64,000 bases of DNA from the IMG/VR virus record IMGVR_UViG_3300045972_000219. One strand, written 5' to 3'. The notes beneath the pieces are model-generated. The model saw only the letters and a list, made by a program, of their open reading frames with translations. It was not told the origin of the DNA and made no database searches. The stretch is from a virus (lineage: Duplodnaviria; Heunggongvirae; Uroviricota; Caudoviricetes). Positions 17,412 to 28,600 of this stretch are shown here, piece after piece. The first letter of the stretch is position 1. Each line of letters begins with the position of its first letter. Made by a program: the position numbers and the translations under genes.

Positions 17412-19418
17412 ATGGATTTTCTATATGTATTTATAAAGAGTGGTATTAAGAGTGACGAAGAAGCTAAGATTGCTAAAGGTATGCTTGAGGATGCCTGTAA
17501 CCATTACTATCTTCTAGACAAAAAAATAATGTCTGATAATGATTATGACCTATTAAATGAAGTATACGAAAAGTACACAGGTGAAATTGTATCAGGTGTA
17601 AAAGGTACTACATCAATGAGTCATGGGTATGATGATATGATGAATACCTTAAAGAAATCAAAGAATCTCGAAGAATTTTATGAGTGGTTAGTAGCTACTA
17701 TAAAAGAAGTATATGGTAGAACCTTTAAATTTGATAAGCATACTATTTCATTAGCTATCTCAAATAAGATGGATGGTAATTCTATTCTTATCGAATATGT
17801 TGATGGATGGGCACAAAAAGCTGTAACTCGTGGCAAGGATGGTCTCGGAGTTGATGTGACTGAAATCTTTAGAGGAAGGAGTCTAAAGAAGAAATATACT
17901 TGTGGAGTCAAATATGAAGCTATGGTTGCGAATAGTCGAATGGACGCAGTTTCTAAGTTCCGTGGCAAAGAACTTGTTGATTCTCGCAGTGCTATCAGTG
18001 GTATTCTTGGTAGGGATAACGGTTATATGTATAATCAGTTTATTGACCTCTTTCCGATTGATGTTTCTTTCAAAGGAAGATCAGACAACAGAGAATCAGT
18101 AATAGAACTAATTGATACACTTCATGATAATTCCAATAATTGCGGATTTCAAGTTATTCATGGTAATGTCCAACAGATAATGAGTCAAATCAGTGCAATC
18201 TATACTAAAAACACTGAAGAAAGAATCACTTGGGATTACTGTGCCGATGGTCTAGTTATTGAATTCATTGATGAAGATGTAGTTCATAAATTAGGATGGC
18301 ATAAAGGTACTTCAGTATATCCAAAATATGCCAGAGCTCTTAAGTATCCTGCATATGAAATGAATTGTGAAGCATTACGTATAGAATTTGACATTGGTCC
18401 AACTGGAAGGATTACTCCATGTGTAGTATTTACCCCCGTAGTTATTAATGGGCGAACATATCAACGTACATCCATTGCTAACTATAAAAGATTTAATGAA
18501 ATGAAGATAGGTAAAGGAACTAAACTTCTTTTTAGCCTTAGCCATGACGTCCTTGGATATTTGGATACGCTAGATGTACCTGAGAACAAAGGTATCAAAC
18601 CTTTTAGTTTTATAGAAGAATGCCCTGAGTGCGGTGGAGATTTATTCGTTACTGCAAATGATGTATTTGTATACTGTGATAACGGAGAATGTCCTGCATT
18701 AATAGCTGGACAACTATTAACATGGGTTAAAAAATTAGGATTAAAAGGTATAGCTGATTCAACTCTTCGTAAGCTTGTTGATGAAGAGATCATTAAAGAC
18801 ATTCCTAATCTCTATAACTTTGACATTAATAAAGCTTACAAAATAGCTGGATTAGGTAAAGTATCTATTGATAATTTTGTTAAGATTATTAATAGTAAGC
18901 TAGTAGTTAATGACTATGAGGCTTTAGCTGTAGCCTGTCCAGAAGGTATAGGACGGACCACTCTTAAACCAGTATGTAAATCTATATCATTATATGATAT
19001 GATTACTCAAGCTAAGAAAAATTCAAATCCACTTATATCTGCATTAACTCAGATTGAAGGTATCCAAGAAATTAATGCAAAGAAGATTGTTATTGGTCTG
19101 AAATCAAATCTTATAGATTGGGCTGTAAATAATGATTATATTACTATTAAAGAAACATATTCTGATAAGAAGGAGGCATCTAATCCTATGGGAAAGAAAG
19201 TCTGCGTAACAGGTAAGTTACATCTTGGTACAAGAGATTCATTTGTGACTATGCTTGAAAAAGCAGGGCACACATTTCATGATGACGTTAAGAAAGACAC
19301 TGAAATTTTAGTAACCAACGATCCAAACTCTGGCTCTTCTAAAAATAAGAAAGCCGTTAAAAATGACATTCCTATCTGGAGCGAAGAAGAATGTGTTAAG
19401 AACCTATCACTGAAGTAA
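17412..19418 (+). CDS. ligA: NAD-dependent DNA ligase
   Basis: N-terminal YYLLDKKIMSDNDYD (NAD-binding Ia), KMDG active site, AVTRGKDG, DGLVI, CPECGG Zn finger, HhH repeats, C-terminal BRCT (VCVTGKL). Confidence 0.95.
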   Translation: MDFLYVFIKSGIKSDEEAKIAKGMLEDACNHYYLLDKKIMSDNDYDLLNEVYEKYTGEIVSGVKGTTSMSHGYDDMMNTLKKSKNLEEFYEWLVATIKEVYGRTFKFDKHTISLAISNKMDGNSILIEYVDGWAQKAVTRGKDGLGVDVTEIFRGRSLKKKYTCGVKYEAMVANSRMDAVSKFRGKELVDSRSAISGILGRDNGYMYNQFIDLFPIDVSFKGRSDNRESVIELIDTLHDNSNNCGFQVIHGNVQQIMSQISAIYTKNTEERITWDYCADGLVIEFIDEDVVHKLGWHKGTSVYPKYARALKYPAYEMNCEALRIEFDIGPTGRITPCVVFTPVVINGRTYQRTSIANYKRFNEMKIGKGTKLLFSLSHDVLGYLDTLDVPENKGIKPFSFIEECPECGGDLFVTANDVFVYCDNGECPALIAGQLLTWVKKLGLKGIADSTLRKLVDEEIIKDIPNLYNFDINKAYKIAGLGKVSIDNFVKIINSKLVVNDYEALAVACPEGIGRTTLKPVCKSISLYDMITQAKKNSNPLISALTQIEGIQEINAKKIVIGLKSNLIDWAVNNDYITIKETYSDKKEASNPMGKKVCVTGKLHLGTRDSFVTMLEKAGHTFHDDVKKDTEILVTNDPNSGSSKNKKAVKNDIPIWSEEECVKNLSLK

Positions 19419-19422
19419 TTAT

Positions 19423-19461
19423 AAAAAGACATTCTCCTCTTCGGGAGATGTCTTTTTTTTT
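19423..19461 (+). terminator. rho-independent terminator after the ligase gene
   Basis: AAAAAGACATTCTCC-N-GGAGATGTCTTTTTTTTT. Confidence 0.75.
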
Positions 19462-19511
19462 CTACAATTGTCTATCAACAAACATTTGTAACTACAATAA
19501 TGGAGGATTTT

Positions 19512-19955
19512 ATGGATATCATGAATATTGCTGTAAATGTCAAAGAAGATGATGTAATGCAAATCAATGAAGTATTTCTTGTTGAATGGCAAGAAGCTCC
19601 ACCTGTTCGTCAGATTGTAGCTGTTGATGATAAACCGTTTGAAGCATTTGGCTTAAAACCAAATAGAATCATTGACATTAATCATAATGTAGTATGTCAA
19701 TACAATGCTGATGAAGACACTATATCATTTGCTCCACTTGAGAAAAAAGAAGGATCTTTTCTAGTATCAGTATCTGCACCTAGTTCTGAAGTTGCAGACT
19801 TCCATTGGTATTGTCAGCGTCTAGGTGCATTCATTGATGATAAAAATATTCATCTAGTATTTGGTCGTATATGTACCGATGAAGAATCAGAATACTTGAA
19901 TAACATGTTTCCTGAGTGGTTAAATCAACTAAGAAAGCTAGGAGTAGGAGAATAA
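19512..19955 (+). CDS. hypothetical protein
   Basis: GGAGG RBS before ATG 19512; late-type promoter at 19477. Confidence 0.65.
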   Translation: MDIMNIAVNVKEDDVMQINEVFLVEWQEAPPVRQIVAVDDKPFEAFGLKPNRIIDINHNVVCQYNADEDTISFAPLEKKEGSFLVSVSAPSSEVADFHWYCQRLGAFIDDKNIHLVFGRICTDEESEYLNNMFPEWLNQLRKLGVGE

Positions 19956-19956
19956 A

Positions 19957-20175
19957 ATGCAAGATATAAATATAGGTGATGTAGTACGTATCAAACCAAG
20001 TGGTAATTCTTCTAGAGACGTTATGTTCTCTGGATTTAGAGCGAGAGTTATGGAATTAGGTCATAATAATGAAGCATATTTGCAGTCACACTTGAATGAT
20101 GCCGTTATGTTTAAAGTCTGGTGGAACAAAACTCTATTAGAAGTCATCCATGATGAAGATAAGAGGCGAAGATGA
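19957..20175 (+). CDS. small SH3/KOW-like hypothetical protein
   Basis: INIGDVVRIK...ARVMEL pattern typical of KOW/YorP-like phage proteins. Confidence 0.55.
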   Translation: MQDINIGDVVRIKPSGNSSRDVMFSGFRARVMELGHNNEAYLQSHLNDAVMFKVWWNKTLLEVIHDEDKRRR

Positions 20176-20492
20176 GTATTAAATTAGATTGGACTCCTTT
20201 ACAGCATGTTGCAATATCTGTATTAGCTCAGGCTATAACTTGGATATCTATCGTTAAATACTGTACAATTGGATGGTGGATAGGCGCTGTTATAGGTAGT
20301 CTTATATTCATTGTACGTGAACATACTCAGGCTGAGTATAGATGGATTGAAAACTATGGTGAAAGATGTAGAGCTAATCTACCTTGGTGGGGATGGGCTG
20401 ATAAACGTATTTGGGATTTAGGTAGTATATTAGATGTAGCTTGCCCACTTATCGTATGTTTCATTATTGCAATTATCACAACTTATATTTAG
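20172..20492 (+). CDS. hypothetical membrane protein
   Basis: Hydrophobic segments; REHTQAEYRWI and WDLGSILDVACP resemble a widespread phage membrane family. Confidence 0.6.
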   Translation: MSIKLDWTPLQHVAISVLAQAITWISIVKYCTIGWWIGAVIGSLIFIVREHTQAEYRWIENYGERCRANLPWWGWADKRIWDLGSILDVACPLIVCFIIAIITTYI

Positions 20493-20500
20493 GAGACATA

Positions 20501-22546
20501 ATGCAAGACTTAACTGCTGAAATACTTAAAAGTAAATATCTCATTGCTGAAATGGGTGAAGAGACTATATTTGATAATTATAAACGTATAGCTAGTACGC
20601 TTGCAAAAGTTGAGGTTGCAACTAATCCTGAATGTTCTAATGTAGAAATGTCTTCAATCAGTGGTTCTATTACTGTCGGTACTGAAGAATATATTAAGTG
20701 GCAAGGTATATTTTATCAGACATTTGTAGATGGTGGTATAGGTGGTGGACGTATTATGTCCAATGCAGGTGCTACTGATAAACGTGGTCAAGTATCACTC
20801 ATTAATTGCATAGGATTACCTGATATTGAAGATAGTATGGATTCAATCTTTAAAGTTTTACATGAAAATGCTATGCTCCTTAAGTATGGATGTGGAACTG
20901 GTGGATGTTGGTCTTACCTGAGACCTAATGGTGCGTCAGTAGCAGGAGCAGGAGCATCTACTAGTGGACCGCTTTCATTCGCTGATGTTTATGATGCAGC
21001 ATGTAAAACTGTATCATCAGCTGGTGGTAGACGTGGTGCACAAATGTTGACATTCCTTGTATCTCACCCTGATATCTTTGATGTTATCAATGCTAAGCGC
21101 AAAGATGGAAGACTTCGTACATTTAATATTTCTATTCTAATTACTGATAAGTTTATGACTGCAGTGCGTCTTGATCAAGATTGGGAGTTAGTATTCAATG
21201 GTAAAGTATACAGAACTGTAAAAGCAAGAGAGATTTGGGATGCAATCATGGATTCCAATTACGATTTTGCAGAGCCAGGAATTATATTCATTGATAGAAT
21301 TAATGAGATGAATAACCTATGGTTCATAGAATACTTGGATAGAACAAACCCTTGTGGTGAACAACCTTTACCTTCAAGGGGTTCGTGCCTTTTGGCAGCT
21401 ATTGATGCATCTAGGATGGTAATTGATCCATTCACTAGAAATGCTAGAATTGATTATGATAAACTGTCTCAAGTAACTAGAGATTTAACTCGTATGGCAG
21501 ATAATGTTGTTGAGATAGCTAATCTTCCAATTGAAGGATATGCTGAAGAACTTAGACGTAAACGTAGACATGGTTTAGGTATTACTGGTCTTGGTACTGC
21601 ATTAGTCATGCTTGGTGTCAAGTATGGTAGTCTAAAAGCACGAGAAATCATTAGTAAGATAATGGAAGAGATTGCTCTCACTAGTTATGATGAAGGTGCA
21701 AACCTTGCTGAACTTAAGGGTGAAGCTCCTATTCTTAAAGAAAGATTTATTGTAACTGAAGATATGGTAAGGTTAAGACCTAATAAAATATCAGTAGGTG
21801 ATGATCTTTCTGGTAGACAATTGTGGCTAATGTCTAAGTATTTTGATATATTTGAATCATCTGTAAGAGGTCAGAAAGTTCTTGATAAGTTAGCTAACCT
21901 AGGTTGTCGTTTTACTCATGCTATTACTATTGCACCTACAGGAACAATCTCTATTGCTTTCTGCGATAACACAAGTAATGGTGTTGAGTCATCGTATGAG
22001 CACATGTACTATCGCAATCTTACAGTTGAGGGTAAAATTAGTCGTGAGAGTCGTCCAGTATTCTCTAAAGAATATATTGAGTGGAAGAAGATTCTTGAGA
22101 GTCGTGGTTCAGATGCTGGTAATCTTGATGGTTTGATTGCAACTATGCACAATGATGAACTCGGGTGTATACCTGAAGCTATGATAGGTACTAACGATGT
22201 GTCTATTGAAGGTCATGTAATGATGCAAGCGTCTGCTCAGAAATGGGTAGATTCATCTATATCTAAGACTATTAATGTTCCTACAGATATTACTAGAGAA
22301 GATTTTAAAAATGTATATATGTTAGCATGGGAGAATGGTCTTAAAGGTTGTACCACTTTTAGATTTAATCCTAACTTCTCTCAAGGTATTCTCATTCGTG
22401 AAGAAGATCTTAAAGGAATGAAATATACATTCACACTTAATGATGGAACTTCTGTTGAACTTCTTGGTAATGATAAGATACATTACATGGGAGAAGAACA
22501 CACTGTAGCCAATCTATATGAAGCTATAAAAGAAGGGAAAATCTAA
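20501..22546 (+). CDS. nrdJ: class II (B12-dependent) ribonucleotide reductase, large subunit NrdJa
   Basis: GGRIMSNAG, SLINC, GGRRGAQM, TNPCGEQPL, TIAPTGTIS, QKWVDSSISKTINVP; AGGAG RBS; no ATP cone. Confidence 0.93.
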   Translation: MQDLTAEILKSKYLIAEMGEETIFDNYKRIASTLAKVEVATNPECSNVEMSSISGSITVGTEEYIKWQGIFYQTFVDGGIGGGRIMSNAGATDKRGQVSLINCIGLPDIEDSMDSIFKVLHENAMLLKYGCGTGGCWSYLRPNGASVAGAGASTSGPLSFADVYDAACKTVSSAGGRRGAQMLTFLVSHPDIFDVINAKRKDGRLRTFNISILITDKFMTAVRLDQDWELVFNGKVYRTVKAREIWDAIMDSNYDFAEPGIIFIDRINEMNNLWFIEYLDRTNPCGEQPLPSRGSCLLAAIDASRMVIDPFTRNARIDYDKLSQVTRDLTRMADNVVEIANLPIEGYAEELRRKRRHGLGITGLGTALVMLGVKYGSLKAREIISKIMEEIALTSYDEGANLAELKGEAPILKERFIVTEDMVRLRPNKISVGDDLSGRQLWLMSKYFDIFESSVRGQKVLDKLANLGCRFTHAITIAPTGTISIAFCDNTSNGVESSYEHMYYRNLTVEGKISRESRPVFSKEYIEWKKILESRGSDAGNLDGLIATMHNDELGCIPEAMIGTNDVSIEGHVMMQASAQKWVDSSISKTINVPTDITREDFKNVYMLAWENGLKGCTTFRFNPNFSQGILIREEDLKGMKYTFTLNDGTSVELLGNDKIHYMGEEHTVANLYEAIKEGKI

Positions 22547-22782
22547 TGGAACCATTACTATATGATAAAGCTGTATTAGATGGAAATATTATTACTATTA
22601 GTGATGGCTCTTTTGAACAAAGTGCAACTCTTAGTGTCAGAAAGCTTAGAGCAGATGAGATATCTATTACTGGTGGATCAACTGATGTTCAGCAGACAAT
22701 AGATGTAATGCAAGAACAAATAAATATTTTAACAAAGATGGTTAATGAACTTTATTATCCATATAGAGGTAATCATGTCTGA
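22546..22782 (+). CDS. small hypothetical protein between nrdJa and nrdJb
   Basis: 78 aa; its start overlaps the nrdJa stop (TAATG) and its end overlaps the nrdJb start. Confidence 0.55.
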   Translation: MEPLLYDKAVLDGNIITISDGSFEQSATLSVRKLRADEISITGGSTDVQQTIDVMQEQINILTKMVNELYYPYRGNHV

Positions 22783-23491
22783 GTTATTTATAGTTCCTGA
22801 AGGAAAGAAGATTATTGGATTCTCTTGTGAGAAAGTAAATAGTGAAGATATTGAAATATCAGACATTGACCCAAGAACAAGAACACCTAAAAGATCTAGC
22901 AGACTTGATGATGAACCCATACAGGGATTTACTTATAAAGTAAAGTGGCCACATCATAAAAGATCTACATACATGACATGTAACTATATCATTCAGAATG
23001 GATATAAGATTCCATTTGAACTCTTTTTTAATGGTGGTGACACTGAAATACATGATACTGTCAAAGCAATCGGCAGGATGGTGTCCAGTGTCTTCCAGAG
23101 GGGAGGAGATATACGCTACATTATAAAAGATTTTGTAAAAGAAACCTCTCCCCTTGGTGCATTCGCAAAACCTACAGGATTTAGTAAACCTTTTATGGTT
23201 GAGTCCTTTGTTGCACTGATAGGATATAATCTATTAGATTTCTTCTATCGTTGCGACTTTCCTGGAATGAAAGAGCTTTGCTCAGAACTCAAGATAGTTA
23301 ATCATTCTGGTATAGGAAATCCATTTAAACAAGAAGAACCTGAAGATGATGTTACAAATGAGTATACTAAGGCATTAGTTGCAAATATTATATCTGGTGG
23401 AATGGATCAATGTCCAGAATGTAAAGAATATAGTATGGATAATAGTGCATGCCCTGTATGTCGCAGCTGTGGCCATTCTAAATGTGGATAA
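22775..23491 (+). CDS. nrdJ: class II RNR C-terminal subunit NrdJb (TSCPD domain plus Zn ribbon)
   Basis: IQGFTYKVKWP..YMTCN..PFELFFN..AIGRMVSSVFQRGG; C-terminal CPEC..ACPVCRSCGHSKCG. Confidence 0.88.
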   Translation: MSELFIVPEGKKIIGFSCEKVNSEDIEISDIDPRTRTPKRSSRLDDEPIQGFTYKVKWPHHKRSTYMTCNYIIQNGYKIPFELFFNGGDTEIHDTVKAIGRMVSSVFQRGGDIRYIIKDFVKETSPLGAFAKPTGFSKPFMVESFVALIGYNLLDFFYRCDFPGMKELCSELKIVNHSGIGNPFKQEEPEDDVTNEYTKALVANIISGGMDQCPECKEYSMDNSACPVCRSCGHSKCG

Positions 23492-23496
23492 AAGTA

Positions 23497-23523
23497 ACCC
23501 CTATACCGTAATGGTATAGGGGT
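23497..23523. terminator. hairpin between convergent nrdJb and lipoprotein genes
   Basis: ACCCCTATACC-GTAAT-GGTATAGGGGT. Confidence 0.7.
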
Positions 23524-23545
23524 ATTCTTTCCTCAGAAAGAACGA

Positions 23546-23683
23546 TTACTTTTTAGCAGAAGACATAACTTTCTGAGCAGAAGAAACAGGCTTCTGAACA
23601 GCTTCTTTAGTCTCTACAGTCTTTTTCTTGCAAGCAGCACATGCAAGAGCAGCAATAGCTGCAATGATTATAAGCTTTTTCAT
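23546..23683 (-). CDS. 45-aa lipoprotein (absent from the ORF track)
   Basis: MKKLIIIAAIAALACAACKKKTVETKEAVQKPVSSAQKVMSSAKK; AAAGGAG RBS; lipobox-like LA-C/AA-C; own late-type promoter at 23718-23729. Confidence 0.75.
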   Translation of the reverse strand: MKKLIIIAAIAALACAACKKKTVETKEAVQKPVSSAQKVMSSAKK

Positions 23684-23779
23684 TGAAAATCTCCTTTCGT
23701 AAGCTAGTAAAACATAGCAATTATATGTTCAAGCACATATTAAAAAATAGTAGATAAACTAAATTTTAAGGAGTAATAA

Positions 23780-24154
23780 ATGAAACCGAATTTTATCTGG
23801 ACGAACAAGCATATCAAAGAAACTAAGCTTCCTAAGACGATCAAAGAAATATTACTTAAGATGAATAAGCATGTGGAAAAAAGTCACAACATACCTAACC
23901 CAGACAGGAATCCACTGGAAACAGATGGTGGATATATTCTCATCTATGATCAAATTGAACAGATTGTCGAACTAGTAAAGGAACTACCTGGACTGGAAGA
24001 TGGACTAAGAGAATATGAAGACGAACAGGGGTGGCAGTGGTTTATCGGTATCAAGATTGTAAATAATGAGACTAGTATTATATATGTGGTGTCTGAAGAA
24101 GCATGGAAAGAATTCAATATGAATTTTACTCATTGGCTGAATGTAAATATGTAG
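23780..24154 (+). CDS. hypothetical protein
   Basis: 124 aa ORF with AAGGAG RBS, own CATATTAA motif and terminator. Confidence 0.65.
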   Translation: MKPNFIWTNKHIKETKLPKTIKEILLKMNKHVEKSHNIPNPDRNPLETDGGYILIYDQIEQIVELVKELPGLEDGLREYEDEQGWQWFIGIKIVNNETSIIYVVSEEAWKEFNMNFTHWLNVNM

Positions 24155-24199
24155 AAAAGAAGCGTATACCCTAAAAAGGTATACGCTTCTTTTTTTTTT
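24155..24199. terminator. bidirectional terminator
   Basis: 16-bp stem AAAAGAAGCGTATACC/GGTATACGCTTCTTTT plus T-run between convergent genes. Confidence 0.8.
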
Positions 24200-25625
24200 A
24201 GTATGATCCACCATCAATAGTTGAAGATGATGTCAATCCACCACTCAGAGATATTGTATCTACTACATCTTGAACAAATTTAGTAGTAGCAATAGTATTA
24301 TCCATACTATTAGCAGGTGGATTTGGTGCTGTCGGACTACCAGTTAATATTGTATCGTTAAATTTACTATTAACTTCATTTTTATTGTAATAATTATTTA
24401 ATGCAAGAGCAGATACATATTTAGATGATAAGTCAGGTATATCAGTTACTTCTAACTTAACTCCAGCCCCTGCATATACTAGATTTCCAATTGTACCAAA
24501 ATCATTACGTGTATAAAAATTATAATCAATTTCAGACTTAGTATAGTAGTTTCCTCTTTCAGTTACAGACATATATATTGTATTTAAAGGAGGAATATCT
24601 GCTATTGCAATAGTATCTCCTTTATATACAATATCTGCAACACTACCAGAGAAATCAGATTTTTTATAGAAGCTACTATCTATCTGAATTTTACTATAAT
24701 AGTTACTGCCTAAACTACTAGTTGTGACATAATTACCAATATTACTGATAAGAAAGTAACGTTGATCTAAATCAGTTAGTGGTAATTCAGATACAGTTAT
24801 ATTGAGATTAGATGTTCTATATACAAGATCTTGTATATTTTGGAAATCACTTTTCTTATATATACTAGAGTCTATTTCAGATTTAGTATATATATTGGAA
24901 TGAATATGCTTATCTGGATCTACAGTTACACTTGCAGTTGCATCTCCACTACAATCAATAGAGAAGAACTCTCCAGTAACGTCACCACCTAGTATTAAAT
25001 TGAATGGTGTTTTAATTCTAGCCGCTGCAAGATCAGTGTTATTAATAGTAACTGGAAGCTGTACATCTTTAGATCCATCAAAATCAACATATCCACTGGC
25101 ATGTTTTGACAAAGTTATCCTACGTGGAGTAGTTAATCTAGGTACAGTTAGTTGTGATTCATTAATTAAATATGAAGGTATATGTCCAGTTTCATCAATA
25201 ACAACAGCTGTACCTGCTCTTCCACCTTCAGCTAATAATTTATCAAACGTTGTATTGGCAAACAGTTGTACAATACTTAATACACCGTTTGTTAAATTAG
25301 CAGTGAGGACAAGCATATCCTCACTGCTAATATTCTTAAGAAAGAAATCATTAGCACTAAATCTATTTGGATTGTATTTAGTATCATCAACTCTTACAAG
25401 ATAAAAATTACAGACAGCATTTGGAGAGAATTGATTAATATTATCACCATTTAATGTAAATCGTAGATGATAATCTCCATCTGCACCACCGATAATCAGT
25501 CTTGATGTTAAGTTATCAGTGTTTAATAATACATCTCTTATATAGAATTCAACATCAGGTGGAATAACTAGTGATAGACCATCCACTGTTACATCCATTA
25601 TATGATCATGAGTAAGTATATCCAT
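24198..25625 (-). CDS. virion fibre/adaptor-type structural protein, C-terminus IDGGSY
   Basis: Fibre motifs (PRRITLSKHASGYVDFDGS, YTKSEID repeats, LTGSPTAPNP...IATTKFV); N-terminal domain paralogous to 31180..31983. Confidence 0.65.
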   Translation of the reverse strand: MDILTHDHIMDVTVDGLSLVIPPDVEFYIRDVLLNTDNLTSRLIIGGADGDYHLRFTLNGDNINQFSPNAVCNFYLVRVDDTKYNPNRFSANDFFLKNISSEDMLVLTANLTNGVLSIVQLFANTTFDKLLAEGGRAGTAVVIDETGHIPSYLINESQLTVPRLTTPRRITLSKHASGYVDFDGSKDVQLPVTINNTDLAAARIKTPFNLILGGDVTGEFFSIDCSGDATASVTVDPDKHIHSNIYTKSEIDSSIYKKSDFQNIQDLVYRTSNLNITVSELPLTDLDQRYFLISNIGNYVTTSSLGSNYYSKIQIDSSFYKKSDFSGSVADIVYKGDTIAIADIPPLNTIYMSVTERGNYYTKSEIDYNFYTRNDFGTIGNLVYAGAGVKLEVTDIPDLSSKYVSALALNNYYNKNEVNSKFNDTILTGSPTAPNPPANSMDNTIATTKFVQDVVDTISLSGGLTSSSTIDGGSY

Positions 25626-25644
25626 GTTAGTTATCCCTCTTTAT

Positions 25645-28600
25645 TTAAAAATACTCTCCATCCAGACTGCCTAAGCCAACTACAATAGTCTTTTCTATAC
25701 TATCAATTTTTTGTTGTAGTTTATTGTCCTCATCAGTACGGATAATAATCTCGTCTTGCAAATCTACATCGTAATTAGCATTGTACTGGTAAGGTATGAC
25801 TGCTGGTACACCATCAGTAACTACTAATTTCCATGCTTTACTTGGGTTGACTGAGTCCGGAAGTATATGATGACCGTATAAACTATGCTCTCTATCAATA
25901 GCTGATTGAAGACCTGTTGGTTGAACATCATCTGGAGTGTAAGGAACTAAACTAAGGATACCATCTGCAACAATGAATCTGTAACGAGCATTTGGATTTC
26001 TAGTGTCTTGGAAGACATGTCTACCAACAGTATCATGCTCATTATATAGTCTCATCATATTATCAAATGACTTATCTACATAACCATATTTTTCTTCAAA
26101 TTCTAATATATCGCCTGGATTTATAGGATTGAGTAAACGAATTGTAGTTGGATTTAACTCAATATAATCACCAGTACCCCCATTAATACTAGGTATCCAC
26201 TTATATCCTGTTTTATCATTACGAGTATAGTATACCTCAAGGCTTTTATTATTAACTGTATAATTTATACCTTTAGGTAACACTAGTGTACTTCCAGCAG
26301 GATATCCTTGACGTACTTCAAAATACTCTCTGAATTTTAAATCAGATACATATGAGTTATTTTGTGATTTGTATAATACGCCATATGAATAAAATCTACC
26401 ACTTCCATTCCAAGTGAATTTAAAATAGAGTTTGTCAAATCCTTCAGCACGATTGACTATTCCGCTAGTAATAGATCCTTCACTACATACACTAGTATCA
26501 CATCTATACCATGTGACAGTATCAAATGAATACTCAGTCTCTATTTGGGAGGACGCATCACACTCAGCATGGAGATAAAATGCTCTAAACACTTTATCTA
26601 TATCTTGTAATTCATTATCTTGAGTAACATCTTGTGTTATTAATACGGATCCCTTCTTACCCTGCCAGTAACTACCCATAGAGAAGAATGAAGGTATTGG
26701 ATCACCCTCTGCAGTTACTTCATGGTCTTCAGTATTAAAACAATCAAAATAACACATTCCAAATGAAGATGAATTGAGAAGAGTCATATATGAAAATTCT
26801 TCAGTACTACCACCATTACCATTATCTACTGAATTCGCAGCCCAATAGTCTGCAAGATATTCAGCAGGTATTCTACCATGCTCATTTAGTACTGGATACT
26901 TTTGAAAGTCGCTCCAACCTGTACCAGATGTCTGAAGGGAGTCATATACTATATCTCCAACTACATTTAATGAACTAATAGTTACGCTAGTAAGTTTATT
27001 ACGTCTATTAAATGCTAATAATTCAATTTTCAGATCTTCAGTTGAAGCATTAGATATAATTTCTGAAAATTCACTTCCATCATTTACCTGAAATGTAATA
27101 TTACCATTAATTCTTTTTATTACAAAAGAGCAATTATTAGCTACTCTCGGTACTGAAATAGATTCTGCATTAGGTCTAGATAACTCTATTTGTCTTAATG
27201 CAGGTTTACCAGTTACTAATGCTTTAAGAGTGTAGTAATTATCTTTATTATCTGATAATCTTACTCCATATCCAGCATCATATTCATCATTCACAACAGA
27301 AGAATCACTTACATTAACCTGTAATACAAAATCTCCACAAAGTTTAAACTTCGTTCCACAAGTAATTTCTCCAGATTTAGTACCTACTAGATCGTTAGAT
27401 ATTACTAGGTTTGGAATGTTATTTATTACTTTTGGAGATGCTATAAATCCATCACTAGTTATAGCCCCATCAGATACAGAAGACCAATATTTAGTATTAA
27501 GTTTGTTAAACCCATCTTCATAATAATTAAAAGTTTCATTTATACCTTGGGTAAAGACAACCTTATCAACTGATCTGAATTTGAAATCATCAATATCAAT
27601 TGAGAAAGACCCAACTGAACTCTTACCATGAATCCAAACAGTTGCAGGATAGTTGTTAAATTTATCAGTAGTGCAGAGATGTATAAATGATACTTTTGTA
27701 GAGTTATAGTAAAATAATGATACTAAACCATTAACTCGTTTAATCTTAAATCTACCATCTTTAAGATCATCAGTTAAGAATATTTCAGCTATCTGATTAT
27801 CATCTAAAACTACTCTGTACGCTTTACCAAAAGGATTTTGAGGTAGTGATTTTATATTAGAGTCAGATACAAACCTTATATCTAATACTTGATCACCAGC
27901 TTTAACTCCAAATATAAAAGTATTATTATAAGTCTTAATTGGTTGACCGATATTATCGAGAGTTTCAAGAGGAGTTTGACTATGATTTAAGAAATCTATC
28001 TCTTGCTCAAAATCACCAATAAATTCAAACTGTGATAATGTTTCCGCACTAGTAAAGCCGAGATCTAATGATTCATCTGTATAGATGTGACCCTTATTTG
28101 ATCTAACTAATATCTGTCTTGTTGAGGTGTTAGTATGTTTCCAATATTCAGAATTAAGTGGAGAATCATCTACACCAGTAAAATCATAGGGAGCAATACT
28201 ATATGGTCCAGTCCATACCCTAGTAGCTAATCCATTAGGAGTACCTACTAACTGTAGAGCATGGTGTGAATCATTTTTATGTGTAGCTACTAGAACTGCA
28301 TCTTCAGGCCAGTCAGTGTCAATAATTAAATTTGACATCATCGTGGTTCCTAATGGATAATCTAGTCCATTAGTATGAGACGAAACCAGTGTACCTTCAG
28401 GCACATTAGTCTGGTAGTCTTCCAATAGCACTTCAAATGTCCTTGTGGAGAATGGATCTAATGGATCCATTGGACCAACAACTAGATCATATTTACCATT
28501 TGGAGCGTAAAAGTCTACTAGACCATCATAGTCCGTAAAGATTGGCTGAGGTATAGGATTACCGTCTCTATCATAAATATCAGCTTCTACAAGTTCTTCA

